Positions 1-15,181 of a stretch of DNA of 64,000 bases are shown in pieces; the first letter of the stretch is position 1, and every line of letters begins with the position of its first letter. The notes under the pieces were generated by a model. The model was not told the origin of the DNA, searched no databases, and was given only the letters and a program-made list of their open reading frames with translations. A program made the translations under genes and the position numbers. The stretch is from assembly GCA_012295275.1 (NCBI GenBank), contig CM022679.1:22816001-22880000 (forward strand), in the 5' to 3' direction. This stretch comes from Chrysomallon squamiferum. Its lineage: Eukaryota; Animalia; Mollusca.

Positions 1-410
1 TATTTATGGATTTATGATTTTGCCATATTTTTTATTTTAAACAAAACAATAAAAAAATAATTAAATAAATAAATAAAAACAAATTAAATTCATGACAAAT
101 AACCATATGACATATAGTGTACTGACCCACTAACAATGTCAAACAATCGATAATGTTGAACAACAAAATAAGATCGAATGAAAAGGATAGCACTTTATTT
201 AATCAACAGTAATCAAAGTACACTTTAAGTAGTAATTGTAATAAATAGTCGAAATGCACTTTTGACTATATGACGCCTTAAGTTCGACAATGGATAATGG
301 ACCTCGAAAATTAGAACAAAATTCAACAATGATCTCTTTCTCGTAGTTTCTGCTATCGAGTGAATCTTCATATATCAAGCTTAATCAATAATTATTGCAA
401 AACATATTCT

Positions 411-545
411 ACTTACTCTTAAGAAACTGCGAAATGGCGCATCAGTAAATTATGTATATATTTATCTTTTCTTTAAATGCAATCAACTACATCTCAAAAC
501 AACAATTATTATTGTATGAGGAAAAACAAAACCGGAAGTTAAATA
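411..545 (-). promoter_or_regulatory. Probable housekeeping promoter and non-coding first exon of a minus-strand gene continuing left of the window
   Basis: ETS-type CCGGAAGT at 532-539, YY1-like AAATGGCG at about 432-439, and a strong minus-strand donor AAGA|GTAAGT at 411-420. All three minus frames just before the donor contain stops, so it would be UTR. Confidence 0.3.
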
Positions 546-939
546 CATGGGGATTTCCCTGTCAGCACTCGGAATTACTCGGATATTTCCGATCGACAAT
601 CATCAAACGTATTCATTTATGACTGCATGTCTCTATAGTTATCATTATTGTTGTGGTGGCTGTTGTTGTTGTTTTTTTCTACTTCTTCTTCTTCCTGCTG
701 ATGCTGGTGGTGGTGATGATGATGTTATTTTGTTAGAACTTTTACTGCTTTAAATAGTTTTGTTGTCGAATCAGATAAATTCAATTTAGTTATACAATCC
801 ATGCAAATAAATTTTGCTGTATGGGTTGAAGCATCAAAGGAATATAGAGAAATCATGATTTCACAACATCTTTAACATACGCACATACACACTAAATAAA
901 TAAATATACCATGTTTGTAATTTATTGAAAACAGTGAAA

Positions 940-997
<58 letters not shown>

Positions 998-1167
998 GTT
1001 ATTGGGTATTTTTATTTTTATTATTTATTGTTATAATTATTATTTTATTTATTTATTTATTTATTTATTTATTTTATTTTATTTTATTTTATTTTATTTT
1101 ATTTTATTTTATTTGTCATTTTATTTATTTCATTTTTATTAATTATTTAATTTAATAATTTTACTTT

Positions 1168-1357
1168 TTTATCTTTGAGATTTCATTGCTGAAATTTATT
1201 CATTTTAAATGTTTTTATTATTATTATTATTATTTTTTTTTTTTTTTTTTATTTTTTTTTTTTTTTTCTGTACATTTGGTGAACAGTCTTCCAGAAATCA
1301 TTTTTCAAGCAATACGTTCCGTATATTCCACAATGCAAGTTGGGTTATCATCACTTA
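1168..1357 (+). mobile_element. Solo arm of the foldback/MITE family seen at 27.2-27.8 kb
   Basis: TTTATCTTTGAGATTT...TTCTGTACATTTGGTGAACAGTCTTCCAGAAATCATTTTTCAAG aligns by eye to 27238-27380 and to the reverse complement of 27633-27790. Confidence 0.75.
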
Positions 1358-1371
1358 CCAGGTGGACTCAT

Positions 1372-1530
1372 TTAACGTGCTAATCAGAGCGAGCTGTTGT
1401 GAAGCAGACAGGCATGCTTGAACCTTGAACCTTGAAAAAAATTAACGTGCTAATCAGAACAAGCCGTTGTGAAGCACGTCTGCGACAGGCACTCTTTCTG
1501 ACAGGTCAGCGGGCGTGTCTGTCGCAGAAT
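1372..1530 (+). mobile_element. GC-rich hairpin-containing dispersed repeat, copy 1
   Basis: Two copies of TTAACGTGCTAATCAGA..AGC.GTTGTGAAGCA followed by a nested hairpin at 1479-1528. A near-identical inverted copy lies at 54533-54693. Confidence 0.75.
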
Positions 1531-3369
1531 CAGGCATGCTTACTGATGTGGTTTATATACGCAAGCGAAACCGACGATACAGAAATACCCTGATTAAAAA
1601 TGGCGTCGTTGAGAAACAATGAGTTTTTTTTCTTCGAAATGTTCTCGTTTAAATTGTATTACTTTCAAAATACCTTATATTATTCGGCATTTTGTATATA
1701 CATTTTCATTGGCATAATGTCCAAATTTTCTTGACAGAGATTAAAAGAACGATGATTAAAGTTCAGAATCCATTCTTAAGATGGCCGGTTGATGGACTTT
1801 AAAAAAAAAAAAGTATTATTTAGGTTTTTAAAAAATTAAAATAGGAAACTCATTGTTTGCATACGTAACAGTATATGTTTTAGAAGTTGAATACTTTTTG
1901 TTTTAACATAAAAGAGTGAAATATTAATTTTTAACTAACTTTTTTATACGGCCGGTTGATGGATTTAAAAAACCCACAAAAAACATTTCAATTTTTTTTT
2001 TTTTTTTTTTGTTAAACTGTTGTCAAGCACTGTATTGACTGTATCAAGGCAATCATTCAAATAACACATGATCAGTTTGCTTTTCACATATAAGTACTAT
2101 CGCTAATGCATTGAAAATGAAAATAAATATTATTATTATTTTTTTTTTTTTTAAAGAAGAAGAATTATAATGGTTTCAAGTATTGTTTTACAACTACCTA
2201 CTCAGAATTGTCCGATATGAAGTTTTAGCACAGTAATGTGTTCACATTATAATATTTAATGAGAATAGTCATCTTCATATTCACGTGCCAGTGTCTGTAT
2301 TTATTTTATTATTTTTTATGCTCTTTTTCTTTTTCTGTTTTTTATTATTATTATTATTTTATTTTTTTTTTTTTATTTTTTATTTTTTATTTTTTTATTT
2401 TTTTTCTTCTGAAAAAATATATAGTACGAAACGGGTACGAAATGGTATGACGTCAGTTATCAAAAACAGCAATTTGTACTCAGTAATAATATACATCTAT
2501 GTATACGAGGCATTGATTGTATGTCATATTTCCCCAAATTATTTGTAATAATTCATGTAGGATTGATTACGTTATGAAGGATTACGGTTTAAGTTTTTAA
2601 ACACTGATCGGCGTTCGACGCTGCTATCTTGGTTTTCGATTGGATGTTTTCGTTATCGCTCGGAAACCGTCTGATCGAGGTTTTAAACTTCCAGCATCAA
2701 CTATTTTGCGACTATTTTCTGAACTATTTATGATTTATACTGATAAAGGTAAGGATGGTTGTTGATATTAAAAACCATGACGTCCTGCCCTTGCTCAACT
2801 ACTTTTTCAACTTAAACTTTTCAAACTGGATTATTTTATGCAAATGCGTGCATAATAAACTAAAATTATAATTTGTTATAAGACTGATGGTATTAACCTT
2901 TCTAGTTGGCAATGTTCCAAATGTTCAGAACCCAACAGAAAAGAACATTCAGATGTAGTTTGTACTCATTGAATCGGCGAAATTCTGGAGGCATTTTTTT
3001 CCGGTGACGTAATTTGAGCCGTAACGAGTTATCGTTCCTGTTGGTCCATGTTACTCAAGTGTATTTTTAAAATATAATTTAAAATATATAATTTACATTT
3101 ATCATTGTTTGGTAATGGTTTATATATCACTAATCAACACTGAATGCAAAGTCTGTAAAAGTTTTGTACATACACAATTATTATAAATAGTAAAACGAAT
3201 ACATAAAGTTACGCTGCACAGCTATAGATTATTTCACTTGCACTGACGTAATCAGCATGTGACTAAGCTTGTAAATATTCAAAACTGTTACGCTTCCTTA
3301 TGGTCAGTCTACTGTTTTTCAACAAATATTTAATAGAAAAATACCGAAGAAGCTACATTCTGAAATAAA

Positions 3370-3402
<33 letters not shown>

Positions 3403-3553
3403 TCTTGTTGTTGTTGTTGTTTTTTCGCTAAGTAAATCATATAAATGTTAATTGTTTTATTAGAACTAGTTAAAATCAGCGTCTGACGTAAAACTATACT
3501 TATGTTTAAACAAATTACGCTTCCTAACTGTTGACAGTCCATCCCTGTTTCTA

Positions 3554-3585
<32 letters not shown>

Positions 3586-4274
3586 AAGGAAACAGCAAAA
3601 TCTCGAAATTAATTCAGCCATGATTAATGCTTATTCAACAAAATAAAATAAAGGTAAGCAAACTGCCCATTTATTATACGAATTCCGCTTTCTTGATCGT
3701 GCTCTGTTCCTATTCTATAAACACTGTTATATTAGTTCTAATAATAATAATAATTAACAGTACAAAAGCAGCAGTTTAAAAAAAAAAAAAATTTACGTTA
3801 TGTTGAAACAAATATTAAATGATAATTAGTTAGAGTTTGCTAGAAAATATGCAAGAAAGCATTAAAGTTATTGTAAGCTCTTTGTTCACATGAAAATTGA
3901 CTAGATGTATTTAAAACAACGGCGTACTGGTATTAAAATTGTGTAATTATAATAAAAAATCTCGCTATGTCTTTCAAAATTAATTTGATTTGACATTCTC
4001 TAACCATAAATAAATGTTATCATAAGAAGAAAACTTTTCAGTACCTTTCAAGTGCATTTCGTTTCTTTTCCAGCTATGGCAAGGAGTATGTAACATCTAT
4101 ATTGCTGCTTGGGTTCCTATCTTTTATCATCCAGTTATCCAAGAAAACATTTGACTATCACCCAGTAAGCATTAGCATTAATACAAACTAGGCCTTACTG
4201 TGTGTGTGTGTTCTTTTCACACAGAATGTTTTGTTTTTTTTTGGTTTTTTTTTTATAAATAAATAAATAAAAGC

Positions 4275-4333
<59 letters not shown>

Positions 4334-7253
4334 CAAAAACAAACAAAACTTATCGAGTTATCAATCCAAGTCTAACCAGTTTTTCATATTTCGTTTTCTT
4401 GCATCTTTCTTTTAACGTATTTTATTTTATCTTTTTTGTAATTACTTGTTGTAATTTGAAGTATTGTAGTATTAATTAATTAAAGTATTCAGTGGAAATT
4501 CTGCTATAATAAGCCATTGAGTAATATCTTTATCATTTTTTAATTTGAAAAAAATAAAAAAATAAAAAAAGCATTTCAAAAATTTCAAACAAAACACATG
4601 ACTTAGACAAATTTTAATGCCAGTAGTTTAAATATGTACTTAGAAGTATATTTATATAATTACATGTAACACAAAACAATGAAAAGAAAAATGCAATGGA
4701 AAACATAAATTAAAAAAGAGTGCAAAGTATTGTAAGATATACAAAATCAATCCTAGCAGGACTGTCAAATGCAGCTGTTATTCATATACATTTCTGATGT
4801 AACTTTTTTTTAATTTGAAAAAAAAGAAGTGAAGAAGTGTCAAAAGTAGCATTACAACAGTAACATTTGTATTGTTGTGTGGAGTTCCTATTCCCAATTA
4901 CTCAACAAATCTACATTGTTTTTATTATGTCTTAAATGTATTTTGTCCAGCTAGCAAAAACATGCCATACAAAATATATCTCTTTTACTTTAGTTCTTGT
5001 TTTCTTTCCCTCATTTTTTTCTTAGTGTTTGTATGTGTGTGTGTTTTCATGGGTGGGGTGTTCTAGAAAATAAATCCAGACTCATGACATTGAAAAAAAT
5101 AAATAAATAAATAAATATATCATTCTAATTGACTATACTTTAATCTAATCTAATGAAAAGAAAGAAATACAACTGGTGTAATTCATTATATTTTTCTGTT
5201 TTCTGAATTTTTAGGTTTCTAATAATGAAAGTGAAAACCAAAGACAACAGTAGAGGAAGTGAACTTATTATCAAAGAAAATCATAGAAAAGTTTCACCAT
5301 CTAAATAAGTATGCTTATTTTTTTAAATAAAAAATAAAATAATTAAAGAATTGCAAATGTTAATCTTTTTATTTGTTGTAAGGAAATGCTACATAATTAT
5401 CATAACTGCAAAGTTATGTTTGATAAGTTAAAAAGATCTTCTTTTTACCATGAATGAAAAAATATTCAGGCTCCTGTCACAGGATTTCTATTCATGATGT
5501 AATTAGTTAATTGTTTTGTTAATAAAAACTACTTTCGCAAGAAAACACATTAAGAAAATTCCAGGTTAGAGTGCAGAAGTGCAAAACAATACACCTTGTC
5601 ATAACAACCAGAAATATTATATTATGTGCACTTTTTAATTAAAAATTTTTTTTTCTAGAATTATAAACACCAAAAGCTGCTACAATCTTATGAGCAAACA
5701 AAGATAAAAAATTTCAAAAATGTAAGTTGCGTAGTAAAAATTTTATGTCAAATTTGAAATTTTGAAAACAATTTAAACATTATGGGCACATATTCAAAAT
5801 GCCTATTTATAAAGCCTTTAATAAAATCTAGATTAAACAGCAAAATCTTAGCAAAAATCCGAGTTCTGTATCTCAAAATATACATTGCACATCTGTATCC
5901 ATTTCACTCATAAATATGTGAAGAATTCCAAATTTGTTTCAGTTTATTTCTTTCCAAGCAGAAAAAAACCCCAATGTGTAATGCTTTATTCGCAAACAGA
6001 AAACACTTGTTTAAGAATATTTTAATTAAAAAACCAACATAGTACATTTTAACGAGAAAGCCAACTTCCCAGCATACAAAGGTATTAGATCCCATACAAG
6101 ATAGGACTATTTGCAATATATACAAAATGGCCAGAAATAGTGGATATTAATAGCTATAAGAGTAACACTGCAATCAATATTTTATTATATTTATCAGTAA
6201 TAAAGTTATAACAAGCCTTGAAGTATAGCTTTGTTACTGAATTAATGTATTAACCTATTTAAAATTTTACACCACAATGTTTTATTAATTTTTGCAACAG
6301 ATTTTCCATAAGGAGGTTCAGTCCATGACTTTCTTGATCAGAAAAGGAGACAGTTTCAGATCAGTTGTTAAGAAATAGAGGATGAAATAGGCCAACATGT
6401 TTTACATACACTCAAAGGCAAAAAAGAAAGAAGATATGATTATGATAATCTAAAGTATATGTGAAATGAATGTCTATCAGTCTGTTTTTTTAATGTGAGC
6501 ATAGAAATCATCAAAATTAAACCTACCAAATTATATGTATAGAAGATAATATATGACATAGTCTGGATACAAAAGTCCATGTAAACACTGACAAGAATCA
6601 ATATTCAAATAGCTAAGCTATCACAATATACCAAACTGCTATTTCTAAACCACAAGTGAAGTCGGTAAAATGTCACAAAGCAAGCTGAATAAAGTCCAGT
6701 TTTAAAAGCATAATAAAACATAGTAACAATTATTTCTGAATTATACTTATGTGTAAACCTTTCAGTTATTGACTGGCAAAATATCACCTTTTTTGTTTTG
6801 TTTTATTTTGAAGAGGTGTATATATTAATTTGACAGGTGAAATAAAACATCAAGATGATCTATTTATCAAAGGTAAATTTAACTCAAAAATACTTTTAAA
6901 TGACATTTATTAATTACCTTTTTAAACATAATATATACAGTTAAAACAAAAAGAAAAGGGAGTTTGTTGACAGAAGATAAAAGGAAAAGTGCACATTAAA
7001 AGTGTTTTTACTTGTGTAAACAAAGACTTTCCATGACAAAGTTTGTAACTGTACCAAAAACAAAACAAAAAAAAAGACACAATATCTGCTACTAAGCACA
7101 CAATGTGCAAATGAGGAACATGTAACAAGTCACCATGAAAACAAGTTTCTGAGATACTCAAGTTTGGTTCATAGCCACATCTCAGATTCAAATGGCAGTA
7201 ATAATTCCACAGAGTGCTGTTGTTGCTGTTGTAGTAGTAACATTTGGCCAATG

Positions 7254-10642
<3,389 letters not shown>

Positions 10643-10689
10643 TTTCTTTTAAATGATGAATACCACCTTCTCTATTCTGCTGCCAGCAA

Positions 10690-11050
10690 ATAGCGATGTC
10701 TGCTAGCCTTTTCACTCGTCGAAGCTCTGGCGGATTAATACGATAATACTACTCTCTAAAAATCAGCCAGTATTTAATATGGCACTTAGCTCAGACCTAA
10801 ATAAAGCTAGTGATGCGATATCATATTCATTTCCGTGTCATAATTTATTATTAAAAAATAGTAACTGCTGTAGAAAAAAGTTTAACTGATATAGCTTCCA
10901 TAAATATAACATTACATCTACAATTCTGTTTATTTATATTTTTGTTTTCAGCAACTGGCAGGGTCAAGGTCACGTAATGATTATTTTTATATTGGTTGTT
11001 TGAACTAGAAATCACGCCGTAATTACGGTAATATATCCCAAATAGCAATC
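10690..11050 (-). promoter_or_regulatory. Probable UBE2D promoter/5' UTR region
   Basis: Locally CpG-enriched sequence immediately upstream of the UBE2D ATG (10642). The TSS cannot be determined. Confidence 0.35.
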
Positions 11051-11845
11051 TGTTTTAAAGTGAAAAAGAAACGAAACCCAAATCGCTTAAAATCGCTTAT
11101 TATAGAAAAGAAAAAAGTATGAAAGAAATAGAGGAAAAAGCACCATCTTGATTATTTGTAAAAAGCTTAATTAATCTCCTTATTTCAAACTTTATTTTCC
11201 ATTCGTTTTTTAAAAACAATAATTTTCACGAGAATTTCATTTTTGATCATTCTTTCCTACTTTTTTTTTTTTTTATTTATTTATTTCGTTTGCATTTCTA
11301 GCAAATCTTAAAAAGTAAAAAAAAAATAATAAAAAATAAAAGTTTATTGATCATATGAACACCCACACATTATTCGACGAAGTGACTGAATTTTACGTTT
11401 TAATTTTTTTTTTTTTTTTTTTTTTACTATGTCTTAAAACGACAACAACAACGTTCAAAAGAAAAAACAAACAAAAACACAATCATTAAAGATCGAATTG
11501 TATCATGTTTAAGATACTTTTTATCAGTTTATAGTCGGGAAAATATAGACCTTAAGATGGTCGAAAGGAAAAATCATCTTAAACCAAATATTTGAGATAA
11601 AACAAAAACCGGATATGCTCTAAAAGCAAACGTAAAATGGCCGCTGAACAAATTCTGTTTGTGAACCTAACAAAAGGAGTTTCACCAAGTCTTTTGAAAT
11701 AAAACAAAATGTCCATTATCTGACTGCTTATATTCTAGTTCTCATGTACGCTCTTGATAATAATATTATACACCTAACCTATTTTCTTTATTATAGGCAG
11801 CATCGGGGTGGGGCGCGCCACTCCTATATTTTTGAGAATCGATTT

Positions 11846-11876
<31 letters not shown>

Positions 11877-12384
11877 CTATTTTTAGTAATAAAACACATT
11901 TCATCAAATAAATTGTATACAAAGGCACACTCACACAGAAACAAGCAAATTGACATGCACACATTCTCAAGTTTCGTAAATTCTGGATCATACCCTGGTT
12001 TATTATTGTAAATATTTTGTTTTACTATTGCAGCTTCAGAATATTTGCCCTTAACAGAATGTTCAACACAGTTTATAACATCAACAGAAAAATCCATAAG
12101 ATTTTATTCTAGTTACAGGACATTGCACGGATCGAAAAAAAAAAAAAAAAAAAAATAATAATAATAATAATAATAAAAAATATAAAAAAAAAAAATTAAT
12201 AAATAAATGGAGGAAAGAAATCATTGATTTTACTTTGCATTTTGGCTGTTCAATACATGATATTTTATAATGCTAAACAATAAAAATTATTTTAACGGTA
12301 TGAAATCGTATAGCGACGCCTGCACAGTTTGTTACAATCGTGCAAACATCACCTTGAGTGATTTTCTTAATTACAGTTAAACAG

Positions 12385-12590
12385 CGACATATAGGATCTT
12401 TTGCGTACCTATTGTGCATTTCCCCTTCCCATCCAATTCCAGTGACTGTGGTATGTGCTGTCCTGTCTATGGGAAAGATCTATGGACAACTGTAGCTGGT
12501 TTACTCTCAAGATTTTGTCCGCGTTATCAAAATCAAAGTGACAATTACCGATAATAAATTAATGCCGTTTAATGGTGTTGCTATAGTATT
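12385..12590 (+). mobile_element. Degenerate Nin-domain SINE fragment
   Basis: TGTGGTATGTGCTGTCCTGTCTATGGGAAAG (12447-12477) matches my recollection of the conserved Nin-SINE core common in molluscs. Not verified by search. Confidence 0.55.
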
Positions 12591-12667
12591 CACAACAATG
12601 TCAGCAATTCTTTATCAAATTATTCCACGCATGCATTTTGTAATTAATATAATTTCAAAATGTCCAC

Positions 12668-12698
<31 letters not shown>

Positions 12699-13367
12699 GT
12701 ATAAAAATGATCAATTCTGAAATAAAAAGCATCCTATTCTGTACTAATAATATGGTATCCGTTTATAATACAATTTGACCTTTTCTGTTAAAATATACTA
12801 AGGTACGTATTATGCATAGGCCAACAGAGAGACCCATTTTATTCACAGGGATAGGATTTTGCTCAACTGATGTGTTTGGTTCGTATGCTCAAAATCTTTG
12901 TGGACCTGATTTCAGTTAAACCACACACATATAGACACACATATATGACTGTGTTAAGGTCTAATGCAAGAAAATTAGTTCTAGGGAAGAACTGCCTTAT
13001 AACTTTTTCTCTGTTGTTGTTGTTTTTCCTTTATTAAATCTGCTTAAAAGCTGGTACGGGGATGACATGCCAACTCTTTGTTGCGTTTCACCAATCGCTG
13101 ACTTTTAACTTGCGGAAGATAAAACGCGAATATTTTAAACAAAGTTTTTTTCTCCTTTTTCTTGGAGTACAAAACTCTGGTAAGATTTAAATCATGTTTG
13201 AAGGTAAAACTATAGCAATTATATAAGTGAGGAGGGAGTATGCAAAAATTGTTGCAATAAAACAAAATTAATAATGCAATAAATACTACATTTTTGTATA
13301 TTAAATTTTTTTCCCCCCATATTTAACTAATATTGAAAATTTAAATTGGGATTCTTTCTTTTTGTTC

Positions 13368-13446
<79 letters not shown>

Positions 13447-14076
13447 AATTTATGTTTAGTAATATTGTAAATGTAAAATCATAAAAATTACAACTCTAAA
13501 TTGTACGTTTTTATATTAATGCTAGTTGTTGAGATATGGTTCTGGCGCAAACAAAAAATAAAATAATAAAAAACGAAGTTTGAGAACAATACACTATATT
13601 AAAGTCTGTACTGAATATTCTGTTCCTTTTATTTTTTAATAACCAATACCTTTTCCTTAATTATTTTGTGACGAGAAAAAGTAAATTTTATGCGAAAATT
13701 TTGTGAGACAAACCAGATATACATTCTCATGGGGAAACCAGTAATCAAGGTTTCAGGGCTTTCGCCGTTATAGAACTCTTTCAGTTTGCACGCGGCTCTA
13801 ATTGTTGCAGTTTTATGTGCGTGATATCTAAGCTGCACTTTTAGAAATCGTGATTTCAGTATCCGCGAACTAAGGCGTATCCTATGCGAGACTGATACAG
13901 CTTTGTTATTGTATTCCCCGTGTTTGTAATGATAATCCAAGTCAATGGTTGGTTGAAAATATCAGAAAACCAGTATGAAGTTGTTGACAGGAAAAGTCGA
14001 TATATTTCTTTTCCCATTGACTCAAGACTTTCACTGATAACTGGATTCAGGTAAGATCATAGACAAAATAGATTTT

Positions 14077-14121
<45 letters not shown>

Positions 14122-14229
14122 TATCTTTATTTTTTTTGGTTGTAAAGTATTATAATGCATTATTATTGAATTGTAATGAATAAATGTAATATTTGAAAAT
14201 GTCTGGGAAAAGGATTCCGATAGAATTAT

Positions 14230-14316
<87 letters not shown>

Positions 14317-14397
14317 ATAAACCAAAAACGCAAAAAAGATTCCATTTTTAATAATTAAATATATAACTGGTTTATGTAGAAGAGAGAAAGTTATTTG

Positions 14398-14468
<71 letters not shown>

Positions 14469-14621
14469 TTTTCTTCTTTTTTTTTTCTTTTTCACTTTAT
14501 GCAATAACATTAACTTTTCTATAACCGTTTAAAACCCCAAAAAAACACAAACGGAGAAGTATTTTATAATAATTTACTTTAATTCCAATCATTCAGTTTC
14601 AGAATGTGCAATACCAAGAAA

Positions 14622-15132
14622 ATGAAGATATCACTTCTGTTATTTTTAACACTGATTGCAAGTAAACTGCTTTTATTTATTTATTTTTCATCATCATAAT
14701 CATCAGCATCACTATTGTTGTTGTTCGTTTTTGCCTTCTCCTTCTTCTTCTTCTTCTTCTTCTTCTTCTTCTTCTTTTGTTTATACTCTAACCGGATTCT
14801 TCTAGATTGCTAAGATTACTAAACATAATCTTAGGGTCATGTTAAAAATATACACGTCTCTGTACGTTTGTTATTCCTGTTTGTCACATTTTATTTGTCA
14901 CTAAGGGTACTCTACTAAACTATTTCTCCCTCTAATCTGATCACTTTATAATAGCAACAACACCCAGAATTGCTTCAACAGCAACTATCAGTTACAACTG
15001 ACACTACCAACTGTTTCCATACCTATAACAACAACATCTGCTACTGCTATTTTTACTATTTCTACTATCACTATTTTATTACTATTTCCTCTGCATGTAT
15101 TATTATTATTATTATTATTGTTATTGTTATTG

Positions 15133-15181
<49 letters not shown>

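Noticed and set aside
547-753. 68-aa ORF next to the ETS motif
   Set aside because: The second half is (GTT)/(CTT)/(GAT) microsatellite, the possible donor AAC|GTATTC is weak, and there is no recognisable homology.
925-1421. Poly-Ile/Phe/Tyr/Leu ORFs (also 2259-2548, 14970-15296, 27570-29054, 32098-33385, 41479-41871, 63509-63715)
   Set aside because: Translations of (ATT)n, (TTTA)n, (GA)n and (CA)n microsatellites. No codon structure or homology motifs.
11637-11702. AAAATGGCCGC-initiated short ORF (MAAEQILFVNLTKGVSPSLLK*) divergent from UBE2D
   Set aside because: No strong donor or downstream exon found. More likely a YY1-like motif in a promoter or repeat.
13629-13940. 103-aa minus-strand ORF upstream of the LamG gene
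   Set aside because: Non-ATG start, no motifs or splice partners. The region is better explained as promoter or repeat sequence.
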